Positions 1 to 8,666 of a DNA stretch of 64,000 nucleotides are shown here, one piece after another (the stretch's first letter is position 1; each line of letters opens with the position of its first letter). Source of the stretch: Candidatus Omnitrophota bacterium (GTDB lineage Bacteria > Omnitrophota > Gorgyraeia > Gygaellales > UBA12090); the NCBI GenBank assembly GCA_030674475.1, contig JAUSCZ010000017.1, positions 110,755 to 174,754 on the forward strand. Direction: 5' to 3'. The position numbers and the translations under genes are program-made. The notes below the pieces were generated by a model. That model saw only the letters and a program-made list of their open reading frames with translations, did not search any database and was not told the DNA's origin.

Positions 1-1138
1 AATCGTAAAAATTCTCTTCTAATCCTACTGAAGCCTGCCAGTCCTTCTTTTTCTTATAGCTTATCTTTACTTCCAGGGTTTGTTTTTGATAATCATTAGC
101 CGGCTTTAAATTGTATTTCACCTCTTTATGTTCAATGGCAAAATCCAGCCAGAGCCTTTGCCTTTGGTCATCTAAAAGTTCATAATCCCAGCTATTCTGA
201 AGATAAAAACCCCGGTGGTCTAGGTCGGCGCTAATATAATCCTTGGCGAAATATTGATATTTCAGGTGTGTTTTTAGCTTGGGACTAATTCTATGCTCAC
301 TTTTGGCATAATATTGCCAATATTCAAAATCCATATCTTCATCTCTATCTTCTTCATCTTTCGTATCCCTCTGGCCCCAGTCTAACCTGGAAACAAGCCT
401 ATAAATCCAGGGAAGCTTAAATTGATAATCAAAGCCCGTACCAATTTCCTGTTTAGTCTTTTCACGGTTGGCCTTTTCCTGCTCCAACCGCTCTACCTTA
501 TAAGAAGAAAGCAGGGCTAATCTTTTTTCTAAAAAGTGCTTCTGGGCTCCCAGGCCGGCTAATGTTTTAAATTGGTCCTTTTCTCCTTCGGCTAAATAAT
601 CAAAATTATCCACTCCTAAGTTAAAATCAATTCTATAATTATCCTTTTCCTCAAAGATAAGCCCGGGAACCAGGCCAATCTCATCATATTCGCTCGCCGG
701 GCTGTTTTTGTAACGTCTCTGCCTATTTTTAAGCTTCACATCAAGCCTTATCCACTCTTCCTCAAGCTTCTTTAAGTTATAGAACAAACCGGCCTTAAAG
801 ATTCTGGAAACGTTATCTAAAGAATCCCGGGCTTTATAGTCTTTACGATAAACAAACGAACTAACATCGTAATTTAACGGCTGGGATATCCTTTGTTCAA
901 GCTTGAGATGATAATTCTGATAGCTATAGTCTTCATCCGTATCCTCTTCCGCGAAATCCTCCGCCTGAGACCTCCTGCCCACCTCCCCGTAGCCGCTAAA
1001 AACAAAATCCTCCGCCTTCGCTGAAGCGCCTGCCTGCCGGTCAGGCAGGTTTTCTCCTTCAGTCAAAGCGGAGGAATCCGCCTGGGCCATATAAGGCAAA
1101 AATAAAAATCCCACCGTGAGAATAAAAATTATTTTCAT
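1..1138 (-). CDS. Secreted outer-membrane beta-barrel protein (runs off window start; absent from the ORF track)
   Basis: Manual translation from ATG at 1138 is open to the window edge: signal peptide MKIIFILTVGFLFLPYMAQA, then alternating amphipathic strands rich in Y/F/W (e.g. YRIDFNLGVDNFDY, FYLQNSWDYEL). Confidence 0.75.
   Translation of the reverse strand, partial: MKIIFILTVGFLFLPYMAQADSSALTEGENLPDRQAGASAKAEDFVFSGYGEVGRRSQAEDFAEEDTDEDYSYQNYHLKLEQRISQPLNYDVSSFVYRKDYKARDSLDNVSRIFKAGLFYNLKKLEEEWIRLDVKLKNRQRRYKNSPASEYDEIGLVPGLIFEEKDNYRIDFNLGVDNFDYLAEGEKDQFKTLAGLGAQKHFLEKRLALLSSYKVERLEQEKANREKTKQEIGTGFDYQFKLPWIYRLVSRLDWGQRDTKDEEDRDEDMDFEYWQYYAKSEHRISPKLKTHLKYQYFAKDYISADLDHRGFYLQNSWDYELLDDQRQRLWLDFAIEHKEVKYNLKPANDYQKQTLEVKISYKKKKDWQASVGLEENFYD
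1008..1075. repeat. In-frame hairpin element with nested 21-bp CCTGCC..GGCAGG palindrome
   Basis: Arms TCCTCCGCCTTCGCTGAAG / CTTCAGTCAAAGCGGAGGA enclose CCTGCCTGCCGGTCAGGCAGG (1029-1049). Confidence 0.7.
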
Positions 1139-1177
1139 CAGGCGGATCTACATACTGCCATACTCCCCCATACACGT

Positions 1178-1699
1178 CTAAATCTCGACTATATCAATCT
1201 TGGCGCCTAATTCACTAGTTATCTTTCTTAAAGTAAGTAAAGAAATATTTTCTCTGCCACTTTCAATCCGGGAAATTATCTGTTGAGAAACTTTTAACTT
1301 ATCCGCCAGCGCGTTCTGGGTAAGATTATTCTGTTTACGCAGTAACCTAAGCCTGCCGCCTACCGATAAACAAAACCCATTAATCGGCTTGGCCTTATTC
1401 CTTAACAATATACCTCTGTTATTCCCGCGGTATTTCTCCAGTATTTTCTCATATACAGCCTGCCAAAATCCTATCCGCGGGCTTTGCCAGGCATCCTTTC
1501 GCATCCTTTTTTTAATCTCATTCCAATGAAGGCAGAAATCCCGAGGTTTGAGATGATCCCGAAAAACTTCCCGGGGAATATTCTTCCTGCTAAGCAGCAA
1601 TGCGGCCAAGACAATAAATTTCGGATGTTCCGGATCGCCTAAAATTTTCTGTGCTTGTTTAGGGCTTATATTTCTATCCCACAACCAATCCTTATTCAT
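1178..1699 (-). CDS. Putative antitoxin with C-terminal XRE-family helix-turn-helix
   Basis: C-terminal LRKQNNLTQNALADKLKVSQQIISRIESGRENISL is a Cro/C1 HTH; overlaps the AbiEii-like gene by 4 nt. Confidence 0.75.
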   Translation of the reverse strand: MNKDWLWDRNISPKQAQKILGDPEHPKFIVLAALLLSRKNIPREVFRDHLKPRDFCLHWNEIKKRMRKDAWQSPRIGFWQAVYEKILEKYRGNNRGILLRNKAKPINGFCLSVGGRLRLLRKQNNLTQNALADKLKVSQQIISRIESGRENISLLTLRKITSELGAKIDIVEI

Positions 1700-2409
1700 A
1701 CTCTGCCTATCTGACTTTCCAAGATACGATCTATTTCAACCTTAAAATGCTTCTCCATTGCCCTATAATCAACTCTATTTTCAGTTTTTAACTCTAGGAT
1801 ACCGCTTTTAATCTCCAGGCGCGGATAGCTTCTGAACCAATTTATCAGTGCCTCCCGCATTGCCGGATTACAATATTTACGGGCGAACACAGACAAATTC
1901 ATAAAGGTATGAGAAAGAAAATACAGGTCATAAAAATCCTTGGCCTCCTGCCGGCCTCCGATTCTTATCTTACGCCCAATCTGGTCAAGGCTTTCCAGCG
2001 TCCCGGAAACCGCGTAAACCTTGCGCAGGTAAATATCCTCCAGCGAAAAAACCTCTATCCCTTTAAACTGCCTTGCCGGTTTTAATCTTTTTATATAATC
2101 CTCTATAAAATCAACCTTCAGCGAATACTTAGGGGATAGGCGCGCGTTAGAAACTAATATGCGAACTTTATCCTTCTTAGGTTGCTCTTTGAGTATTTCA
2201 AAATCCTTGCCTGATTCCTTTGATAAAAACTCAAGCAAAGAAATGATCTCTTTGCGGTTGTATCTCTGGGCAAAAAAGTCTAGATCAAAAGACATGCGGT
2301 GATTAAAATAAAATTTAGACAACGCCGTTCCTCCGCCTAAACAATAGTTATCGAGCCTGCCGGAAAGAATTCTCAAGACCTTATCCTGCCACGATACAAT
2401 CGTCTTCAT
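1696..2409 (-). CDS. AbiEii/AbiGii-family nucleotidyltransferase toxin
   Basis: LGGGTAL...HRMSFDLDFF and KDFYDL motifs. Confidence 0.85.
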   Translation of the reverse strand: MKTIVSWQDKVLRILSGRLDNYCLGGGTALSKFYFNHRMSFDLDFFAQRYNRKEIISLLEFLSKESGKDFEILKEQPKKDKVRILVSNARLSPKYSLKVDFIEDYIKRLKPARQFKGIEVFSLEDIYLRKVYAVSGTLESLDQIGRKIRIGGRQEAKDFYDLYFLSHTFMNLSVFARKYCNPAMREALINWFRSYPRLEIKSGILELKTENRVDYRAMEKHFKVEIDRILESQIGRV

Positions 2410-2415
2410 AATCTA

Positions 2416-2468
2416 AATATACAACATATATGTTGTAATGTCAAGAATTATACAACTTATATGTTGTA
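2416..2468 (-). promoter_or_regulatory. Sigma70-type promoter with two palindromic operators
   Basis: TTGACA-17bp-TATATT ending 6 nt before the ATG; perfect 18-bp palindrome TACAACATATATGTTGTA at 2420-2437 and a 1-mismatch copy at 2451-2468. Confidence 0.75.
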
Positions 2469-2504
2469 ATACACAAAATAATTATAACACGGCTTCTTTG
2501 GCTG

Positions 2505-3201
2505 TCAAGATTTCTTACACACACAGATAAAAGATATTGCCTTTCTTAAATTGCGGGCTGTTACCGCAAAATCAGCAGTGGTAACCGAATTATAAAATCT
2601 ATTCACCGGCAATCCTATCTTCTTAAGGCGCTGGTAAAGGTGATGCCTGGGTGTTAAATGCAGGCCATAAATCTCAACTCCGGGAAATTGGCTTAACAAT
2701 AATCTTCTCAATTCTTCCAGGATAAATTCCCTGCAATGCGCCGGATTCTTTTTATAGGTCATTGGTGAACCCTTCATTGCGTGTTCTAAATTTAAGGTAG
2801 ACAAATAAAAAGCGCCATCAGGCCTTAAAACCCTCTTTATTTCTGAAAGATACCGCGGGATATCCGGTTCCGGGATATGTTCAATAACCTGAAAGGAACA
2901 GACAATATCAAAAGAACCGTCCTCAAAACACAAGGCCCCCCGCCTCCATAGGGAAGAATTTCAGATTGGGCCTGCCGTATTTAGCCCGCGCCGCGGCGAT
3001 AACCGCCTCGTCGTAATCAAGGGCCGTAACCTCAAAAACCTCCGCCGCCAGATAATCCGCCCCATAGCCATCCCCGCAGCCGACATCCAAAACTTTCTTT
3101 CCACAGGCATCATCTCTCAAGAATTCATAAACCTTGAGATGCTCAGCAAAAAACTTAGGCGCGACCGCCTCCGGAATAATCCTGGTCTCTGGTTTGCGCA
3201 T
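2505..3201 (-). pseudogene. Class I SAM-dependent methyltransferase split by one frameshift (possibly an assembly error)
   Basis: VLDVGCGDG motif in 2923-3201 and FDIVCSFQVIEH...LRPDG in 2505-2933; removing one base from the C6 run at 2936-2941 fuses them. Confidence 0.8.
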
Positions 3202-3206
3202 ACTGG

Positions 3207-3315
3207 TTAGGGAATCCTGGACAAGGAAATGACCTTTAACACTTCAAGCGCCTCTTTTTCATCCGCTAAAAAAGCAATAAGGGTAGATGTATCCAGAACA
3301 AAGACTTCTCCATTA
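3207..3315 (-). pseudogene. Truncated PIN/VapC toxin N-terminus remnant
   Basis: Reads NGEVFVLDTSTLIAFLADEKEALEV then stops; FVLDTS is the PIN first-strand motif. Confidence 0.55.
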
Positions 3316-3432
3316 TGGGGACAATCACCACCTCCAAAAACTACTACAGTAAAGGAAGAGAAATAAGTGTTGCGTTCCCCGAATTACCCGAACGCCACGA
3401 AAGGGCCGGTAGGATTATCCTGTTATGCAGTT

Positions 3433-3741
3433 TTATAAAATTTTAAAACCTTTTTTAATTTCTCTATTGAGAGGATTATCGTCTTGGAAATCTTTCAGGA
3501 CAATAGGGTGGGGTTCTATACGTAAATCAAAATTTCTCCTAAGCCGCATCAGGTTGGAAAGCTCTTTTATCGTATCTTTATACCCTGCCAATACCAGAGC
3601 AATATCAATATCACTGTCATCGCTAAAATGATTCTTTGCGTATGACCCGAATAAAAAAGCCTCCCTTATTTTATAATAATTATGCGCGGCAAGAAAATGC
3701 ACGTAATCACGGGCTAGCTTTAAAGCAGTTTTCTTATCCAT
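3433..3741 (-). CDS. Minimal nucleotidyltransferase (MNT family)
   Basis: FLFGSYAK...DSDIDIA (GSx10DxD), 102 aa. Confidence 0.85.
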   Translation of the reverse strand: MDKKTALKLARDYVHFLAAHNYYKIREAFLFGSYAKNHFSDDSDIDIALVLAGYKDTIKELSNLMRLRRNFDLRIEPHPIVLKDFQDDNPLNREIKKGFKIL

Positions 3742-3842
3742 ATCCTAAATTATAACATACTTTAATATTTATACAAGCCAGCCCAATTATTCCCAGCGTT
3801 AAAAATAGAGAAAGCGCTGTCATGAGGCAGAACAAACTATTT

Positions 3843-5075
3843 CTAATATATACTGCTTGCGGGAAATACGGTTGTCTTCGCGTCCAAAGGCATAATATCT
3901 TGCGCGAGAGAGAATATCCACTGCTCTATTATATTAAGCTTGCCAACCTTTGCGGTTTCTAATGCTTTAAAAGATTTCACTTTTGCCATCGCTGACAGCT
4001 TTATTTCAGAGGCGATAATCCCCTCTCCGGTTACACAAAAAAGATCTATTTCCAATCCATCCCTTGTTCTATAAAAATAAAAAGGCGCCTCCTTGCCCCT
4101 ATGCCAATAACTTTTTATCAACTCACTAATAACCCAGTTTTCAAACAATGGCCCAGCCATAGGACCGACGCAGACGGAATGATAATCCCTCCAGTAAGTC
4201 AAATAACATAACAAACCCGTATCCAAAAAATACACTTTCGGAGTTTTTATTTCCCTCTTGTTAAGATTGCTGTGATACGGCTTTAGGATATATATCTGAT
4301 ATGTCTTCTCCAATAAACTAATCCAGGATTTAACAGTATTCAATGCCGTTCCTATCTCAGAGGCAAGAGAGGCCATGTTTAAAAGCTGCGCGCTGCGCGC
4401 GGCTAAAAGCCTTAAGAATGCCTCAAAAGTCCTTGAGCTTCTCACCCCCACCTGACTTCTTATATCCCGTTCCAGATAAGTCTGCAGATAGGATGAATAA
4501 TACTGCTCAATGTCAATCCTGCGGTCAATAACCGGCTTCGGCATAGAACCTCGGAGAATAACTTTAAATAATTCCGGCATATTTAAAACCCGGGTTATCC
4601 TTTTGGTCTTATTCATAAAAAAAGGCTTAAGCTTATCCGAAGCAGAATCGCGCGCATACTCATACAGGGAAAAACCCAATAAATTCATTATCGCCACTCT
4701 TCCCGCCAAAGATTCAGATACATTATCCATTAAGGTAAAATTTTGCGAACCGCTCAGCCAGAACAAACCGTTTGCCGGCTTCAATCTTGTAGTCCTTTCA
4801 TCTACCAGCAGCTTTATATAGGTAAGAAGATTCGGGGCATACTGTATCTCATCTATAAACAGGGGAGGTTTAAACCGCTGAAAAAACAGCTTAGGGTCAG
4901 AAATGGCGAGTTCTCTCACAACCAGGTCATCAAGGCTTACAAAACCCATATCCGGCCTGGCAATCTTTCTTAAAAGCGTTGTCTTCCCGGATTGACGCGG
5001 CCCGGTCAACAAAACAACCGGAAACGAACGCGACGCCTTTAATATATAGCTGGCAAGCAAACGATTAATATACAT
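3843..5075 (-). CDS. AAA+ ATPase (AAA_14 / DUF4143 type)
   Basis: Walker A GPRQSGKTT, Walker B FIDEIQ, KVYFLDTGL and C-terminal EID..EIK motif. Confidence 0.88.
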   Translation of the reverse strand: MYINRLLASYILKASRSFPVVLLTGPRQSGKTTLLRKIARPDMGFVSLDDLVVRELAISDPKLFFQRFKPPLFIDEIQYAPNLLTYIKLLVDERTTRLKPANGLFWLSGSQNFTLMDNVSESLAGRVAIMNLLGFSLYEYARDSASDKLKPFFMNKTKRITRVLNMPELFKVILRGSMPKPVIDRRIDIEQYYSSYLQTYLERDIRSQVGVRSSRTFEAFLRLLAARSAQLLNMASLASEIGTALNTVKSWISLLEKTYQIYILKPYHSNLNKREIKTPKVYFLDTGLLCYLTYWRDYHSVCVGPMAGPLFENWVISELIKSYWHRGKEAPFYFYRTRDGLEIDLFCVTGEGIIASEIKLSAMAKVKSFKALETAKVGKLNIIEQWIFSLAQDIMPLDAKTTVFPASSIY

Positions 5076-5113
5076 ATTGCAAATAATGCATTACAATTGC
5101 ATAATTGTCAAGT

Positions 5114-5202
5114 AAAATCTGCCTCTGGCTCTTAGATTTTACTTGATTCTGAGCTCTGCGAAGAATCTTATCAGATATAATTTCCTATGCTATCAAGATA
5201 AA
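5114..5202 (+). repeat. ~90-bp dispersed repeat (second copy inverted at 52297-52385)
   Basis: AAAATCTGCCTCTGGC..TTAGATTTTACTTGATTCTGAGCT.TGCGAAGAATCTTATCAGATATAATTTCCTATG is matched by the reverse complement at 52297-52385. Confidence 0.85.
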
Positions 5203-5222
5203 TTTTTGACTTACCGCGGCTT

Positions 5223-6296
5223 TTACTCACTAACTTCCGGTTTAATAGGATTTGCCATAATCTCATACACATCAATCGGGCCGGTTTTCTGCGCGCGTAT
5301 TAAATCAGGGTTAGGGAATTCTTGAGTGGAATCCTTTCTATCCTTGCTTGATTTTGCTGTTATTTTTAACTTTTTAAATATTTTCATGCCTACCGCGATT
5401 ACTAAAACCACATAAGCAATATTGATTATAAACTCGCTCAACATATCTAAACCCGAAATGAGAGTAATCGCGGTAAAAAGGATACACCACATAAATAAAA
5501 AAATTAATAACTCGCTTAAATCTCCACTGCCCGAAAGAATCTGGGATAGCGCCCCCGGAGCAGAATTCGCTTCATTATATATAATATTCTGCTGGAATTT
5601 ATTTTTTTTAAATAACGCGGTTGCAAGCAAAGGAATTTTGACAATGCTTACAAGAACAAGGCTTATAGTAATAAAGGCCGAGGCGGACATTATTAAACGC
5701 AATTGGCTAAACAATGAGACAAGAAAAATAAAACAAAAAAATAAGAAATAAGGAATATAAGAAATTAGATATAGAGAAAATATTTCAATGTCTAATTTGG
5801 CAAGAAGCAGCGATACAAAATATAATAGAAAATAGACAAGGATGGCAACTATAACAAATTTTAAGAAATTAAAATTTATTTCACTAATAAATTTTGAAGA
5901 GTTAAGCAAAATATAAATATTTTTTGACTTTGTAGCGCCGAAAAAATTCCGTATTTTGACGCTATATTTTCCAGAATCCGATATGTCTAATACGTTTATC
6001 CCCTTTAGCGTATAATCAACTGGCACTATTACATAGGCGACTCGCGTCTCTTCCTTGTTACTCACATAAGAAGGGAACACCTGCCGACCGTTAAAGTATA
6101 TTGCCTTTGGTACTCGTGGATTCCAAATATTTAATATATATGAATCTTTTTCAGGAAGCTCAAATTTCAATTCGGTATCAACATTATTAAATTTTAATGA
6201 AAAAGGATTAAATTTATTATAACTAAAAAAGGTATAAAAAAATGAAATCACTAACGAGAATACAAATAGTAAAAAGAATATATTTTTTTTATGCAT
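5223..6296 (-). CDS. Hypothetical multi-pass membrane protein
   Basis: N-terminal TM, a soluble domain, then ~5 hydrophobic helices; AT-rich. Confidence 0.7.
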   Translation of the reverse strand: MHKKNIFFLLFVFSLVISFFYTFFSYNKFNPFSLKFNNVDTELKFELPEKDSYILNIWNPRVPKAIYFNGRQVFPSYVSNKEETRVAYVIVPVDYTLKGINVLDISDSGKYSVKIRNFFGATKSKNIYILLNSSKFISEINFNFLKFVIVAILVYFLLYFVSLLLAKLDIEIFSLYLISYIPYFLFFCFIFLVSLFSQLRLIMSASAFITISLVLVSIVKIPLLATALFKKNKFQQNIIYNEANSAPGALSQILSGSGDLSELLIFLFMWCILFTAITLISGLDMLSEFIINIAYVVLVIAVGMKIFKKLKITAKSSKDRKDSTQEFPNPDLIRAQKTGPIDVYEIMANPIKPEVSE

Positions 6297-6301
6297 TCTA
6301 T

Positions 6302-7933
6302 CTAAGATTTATTTGTCAATTTAATTTTATAAAGATACATATAATCATATATTTTATCTTTAAACGCCTCTGCTTCTTGCGTGTTTACTATTCCACTATT
6401 CATCAAACCCATAAAAAAAAGAGGATAGTGCGGCCTCATGGTAGTATCCCTTATTTTTGCAACCAACTCACCATCCACAACCGCATTGTTAGTTTTTGCT
6501 AAAAAATATTCCCATGAACCATAAAAACAAAAACCTACCTTTTCTTTTTGGGCAATTTCATAAACTTCTTGCATGGTATCCGCAGGATACATCTCTACAG
6601 TCATCAAATAAGGATCAATATTTTTATACGCATAGATGCCGCCGGTTTTATAGATAACCAGTTTTGTTACTTTCTGCTCTTTTAATATTTTAGATATCTC
6701 GGGAAAATGACTTTTGATCTCAAAGAGTGTCCTAAGGTGATAAAGGCTGTAAGATACCGCAATAATCAAAAAGAACAGCATTGCCGTTATTCTAAAAAAT
6801 TTAAGCCTTATATTTTTAAATAAGGCGTCAACTCCCAAAGCAATATATAAGAACAAAAACGGCCATGCGCCAAGGCAGTTATATTCTACTTGATGTAACC
6901 GCCTCTGAGCCACCCAATATACATACGGCAGGATAAATAAGGCTGAAACCAGAAAAACTGATTGTGATTTTTTTTCCCTTGATAGAACTGATCTAATGAT
7001 AAAAAACAGACTAACAATAGCCAACAAAGATATAACCGGGCTCTCCAGGCGCCAAAGAACGTTCAAATAGTAACTCGGCTGTATATGCATACCCTGTTGG
7101 CTGACTAAATTTCCTGTTGTCGTATTAAATATCTGCCTGAAATAGCCGCGAGCGCTATAGCAATGAAATATCCTGCCTACGTTTGTCGTTATTTCAAGTA
7201 ATGCCAATGGCAGGAAAAAAGCAGGAATAAATACGGTAATCCGCCGGATGAATTCACTTATATTTTTATGATAAAAATATAAAAAACTCAAAAACTCCGC
7301 GAAAATTATTACTAAGGTAAATAAAAATATCTGTGCATGAAAAAGGAGCCCTATGCCTAAGATAAAGCCAGAAATTGCCAGATTTTTAATCCGGAGATTA
7401 TTCAAGAAATCCAGATAGTAATAAATTGACAAGACTAAAAACAGATAAGTTAAAGCCATTGAAAATCCATTACGGGAGTATCTTAAATAAATAAGTGAAA
7501 AGCTAAATAGAGTGCTTGCGATAATGCCAACGCGTAAGTTAAAGAATTTCCGCCCAACAAAAAATATAGTTACAATTGTTAAAATGCTGGCAACGGCATT
7601 AACAAACAGAATCGTGGAATGCTTATCTACAAATGCCCAGGAGATGCTATTGACTAAATAGAACGCGAATTTCGGAGGATATTGCACTAGCATTTGTAAT
7701 GTTTTATATAGCCCATCTATCTTCTGCCACATTCCGGATGAACAAAATACGGAACTTTTGAATAATTTAATCGCATCATGGCAGACAAGATAATAGTCTA
7801 TTTCATCGCTATGCCATAAGCCTTTTTGGGCTAAGTTATAAAATCTCAGCATCAGATTCGATCCTAATAAAAAAAACAAGAATATGATTTCTCGCCAGTA
7901 AAAAAGAAAATATCTATAGATTTTCTTACCCAT
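6302..7933 (-). CDS. ArnT/PMT-like GT-C membrane glycosyltransferase
   Basis: LRFYNL..KGLWHSDE..Y motif after TM1, many TM helices, C-terminal soluble domain. Confidence 0.8.
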   Translation of the reverse strand: MGKKIYRYFLFYWREIIFLFFLLGSNLMLRFYNLAQKGLWHSDEIDYYLVCHDAIKLFKSSVFCSSGMWQKIDGLYKTLQMLVQYPPKFAFYLVNSISWAFVDKHSTILFVNAVASILTIVTIFFVGRKFFNLRVGIIASTLFSFSLIYLRYSRNGFSMALTYLFLVLSIYYYLDFLNNLRIKNLAISGFILGIGLLFHAQIFLFTLVIIFAEFLSFLYFYHKNISEFIRRITVFIPAFFLPLALLEITTNVGRIFHCYSARGYFRQIFNTTTGNLVSQQGMHIQPSYYLNVLWRLESPVISLLAIVSLFFIIRSVLSREKKSQSVFLVSALFILPYVYWVAQRRLHQVEYNCLGAWPFLFLYIALGVDALFKNIRLKFFRITAMLFFLIIAVSYSLYHLRTLFEIKSHFPEISKILKEQKVTKLVIYKTGGIYAYKNIDPYLMTVEMYPADTMQEVYEIAQKEKVGFCFYGSWEYFLAKTNNAVVDGELVAKIRDTTMRPHYPLFFMGLMNSGIVNTQEAEAFKDKIYDYMYLYKIKLTNKS

Positions 7934-7936
7934 TCC

Positions 7937-8665
7937 TTACTTCTTCCTTTTCCGAACAAATAGATTCCTAAAGAAATAAACCATAATAAGATTAAGCATT
8001 TTAATAGCGAGAATGAAGGTTTTTGACTTATGCCCGGTGACCGAAGATTTACCAACCCGCTTATAATAATTTACTGGTATCTCCACGAAAGAAAATCCGT
8101 TGAGGATGGTAAGCAGCATTAGCTCAGGGCCAAAATGCTGAGAGCCGACGTTAAATTTATCTTTTATTTTTTCTATCACCTCTTTCTTAAATAATTTATA
8201 GGTACATCCCACATCAGTCAGGCGTGATGTGTTATATAGATTTTGCATAACTTTTGCCGCGGCCACATTGCCACATCTCATAAACATTCCCATATTCGCG
8301 CCTTGCTCAATAAGCGCGATGTTCGTTCTTGTCCCCCATACCGCGTCAAAAGAATCCGAATAAACTAAAAGTTTAAGTATATCCGCTGCCTCGAAAGTCC
8401 CATCCGGTTCACATAAGACTATTAAATCACTAGTGGCCTCCTCAAAGCCGCGGCGAATAGCGTAACCATAGCCTTGCTTTCTTTCAAAAACCTGAATTGC
8501 CCTGGTTTTACCCACTTCTCTATCTGTCCCTTCCCGGGCGTTATTATTAACCACTATAATTTCATCCACATAGCCTGTAGCAAAGAAATCTTCGATAGCC
8601 TCTCTTATTGATTCTTTTTCATTATATGTCGGAAAGATTACTGAAACTCTTCTATTGTTCCACAT
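7937..8665 (-). CDS. GT2 glycosyltransferase (polyprenol-phosphate sugar synthase-like)
   Basis: VSVIFPTYNE, QGYGYAIRRG, LTDVGCTYKL, EIPVNYYKRVGKS; start placed at ATG 8665. Confidence 0.85.
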   Translation of the reverse strand: MWNNRRVSVIFPTYNEKESIREAIEDFFATGYVDEIIVVNNNAREGTDREVGKTRAIQVFERKQGYGYAIRRGFEEATSDLIVLCEPDGTFEAADILKLLVYSDSFDAVWGTRTNIALIEQGANMGMFMRCGNVAAAKVMQNLYNTSRLTDVGCTYKLFKKEVIEKIKDKFNVGSQHFGPELMLLTILNGFSFVEIPVNYYKRVGKSSVTGHKSKTFILAIKMLNLIMVYFFRNLFVRKRKK

Positions 8666-8666
8666 G

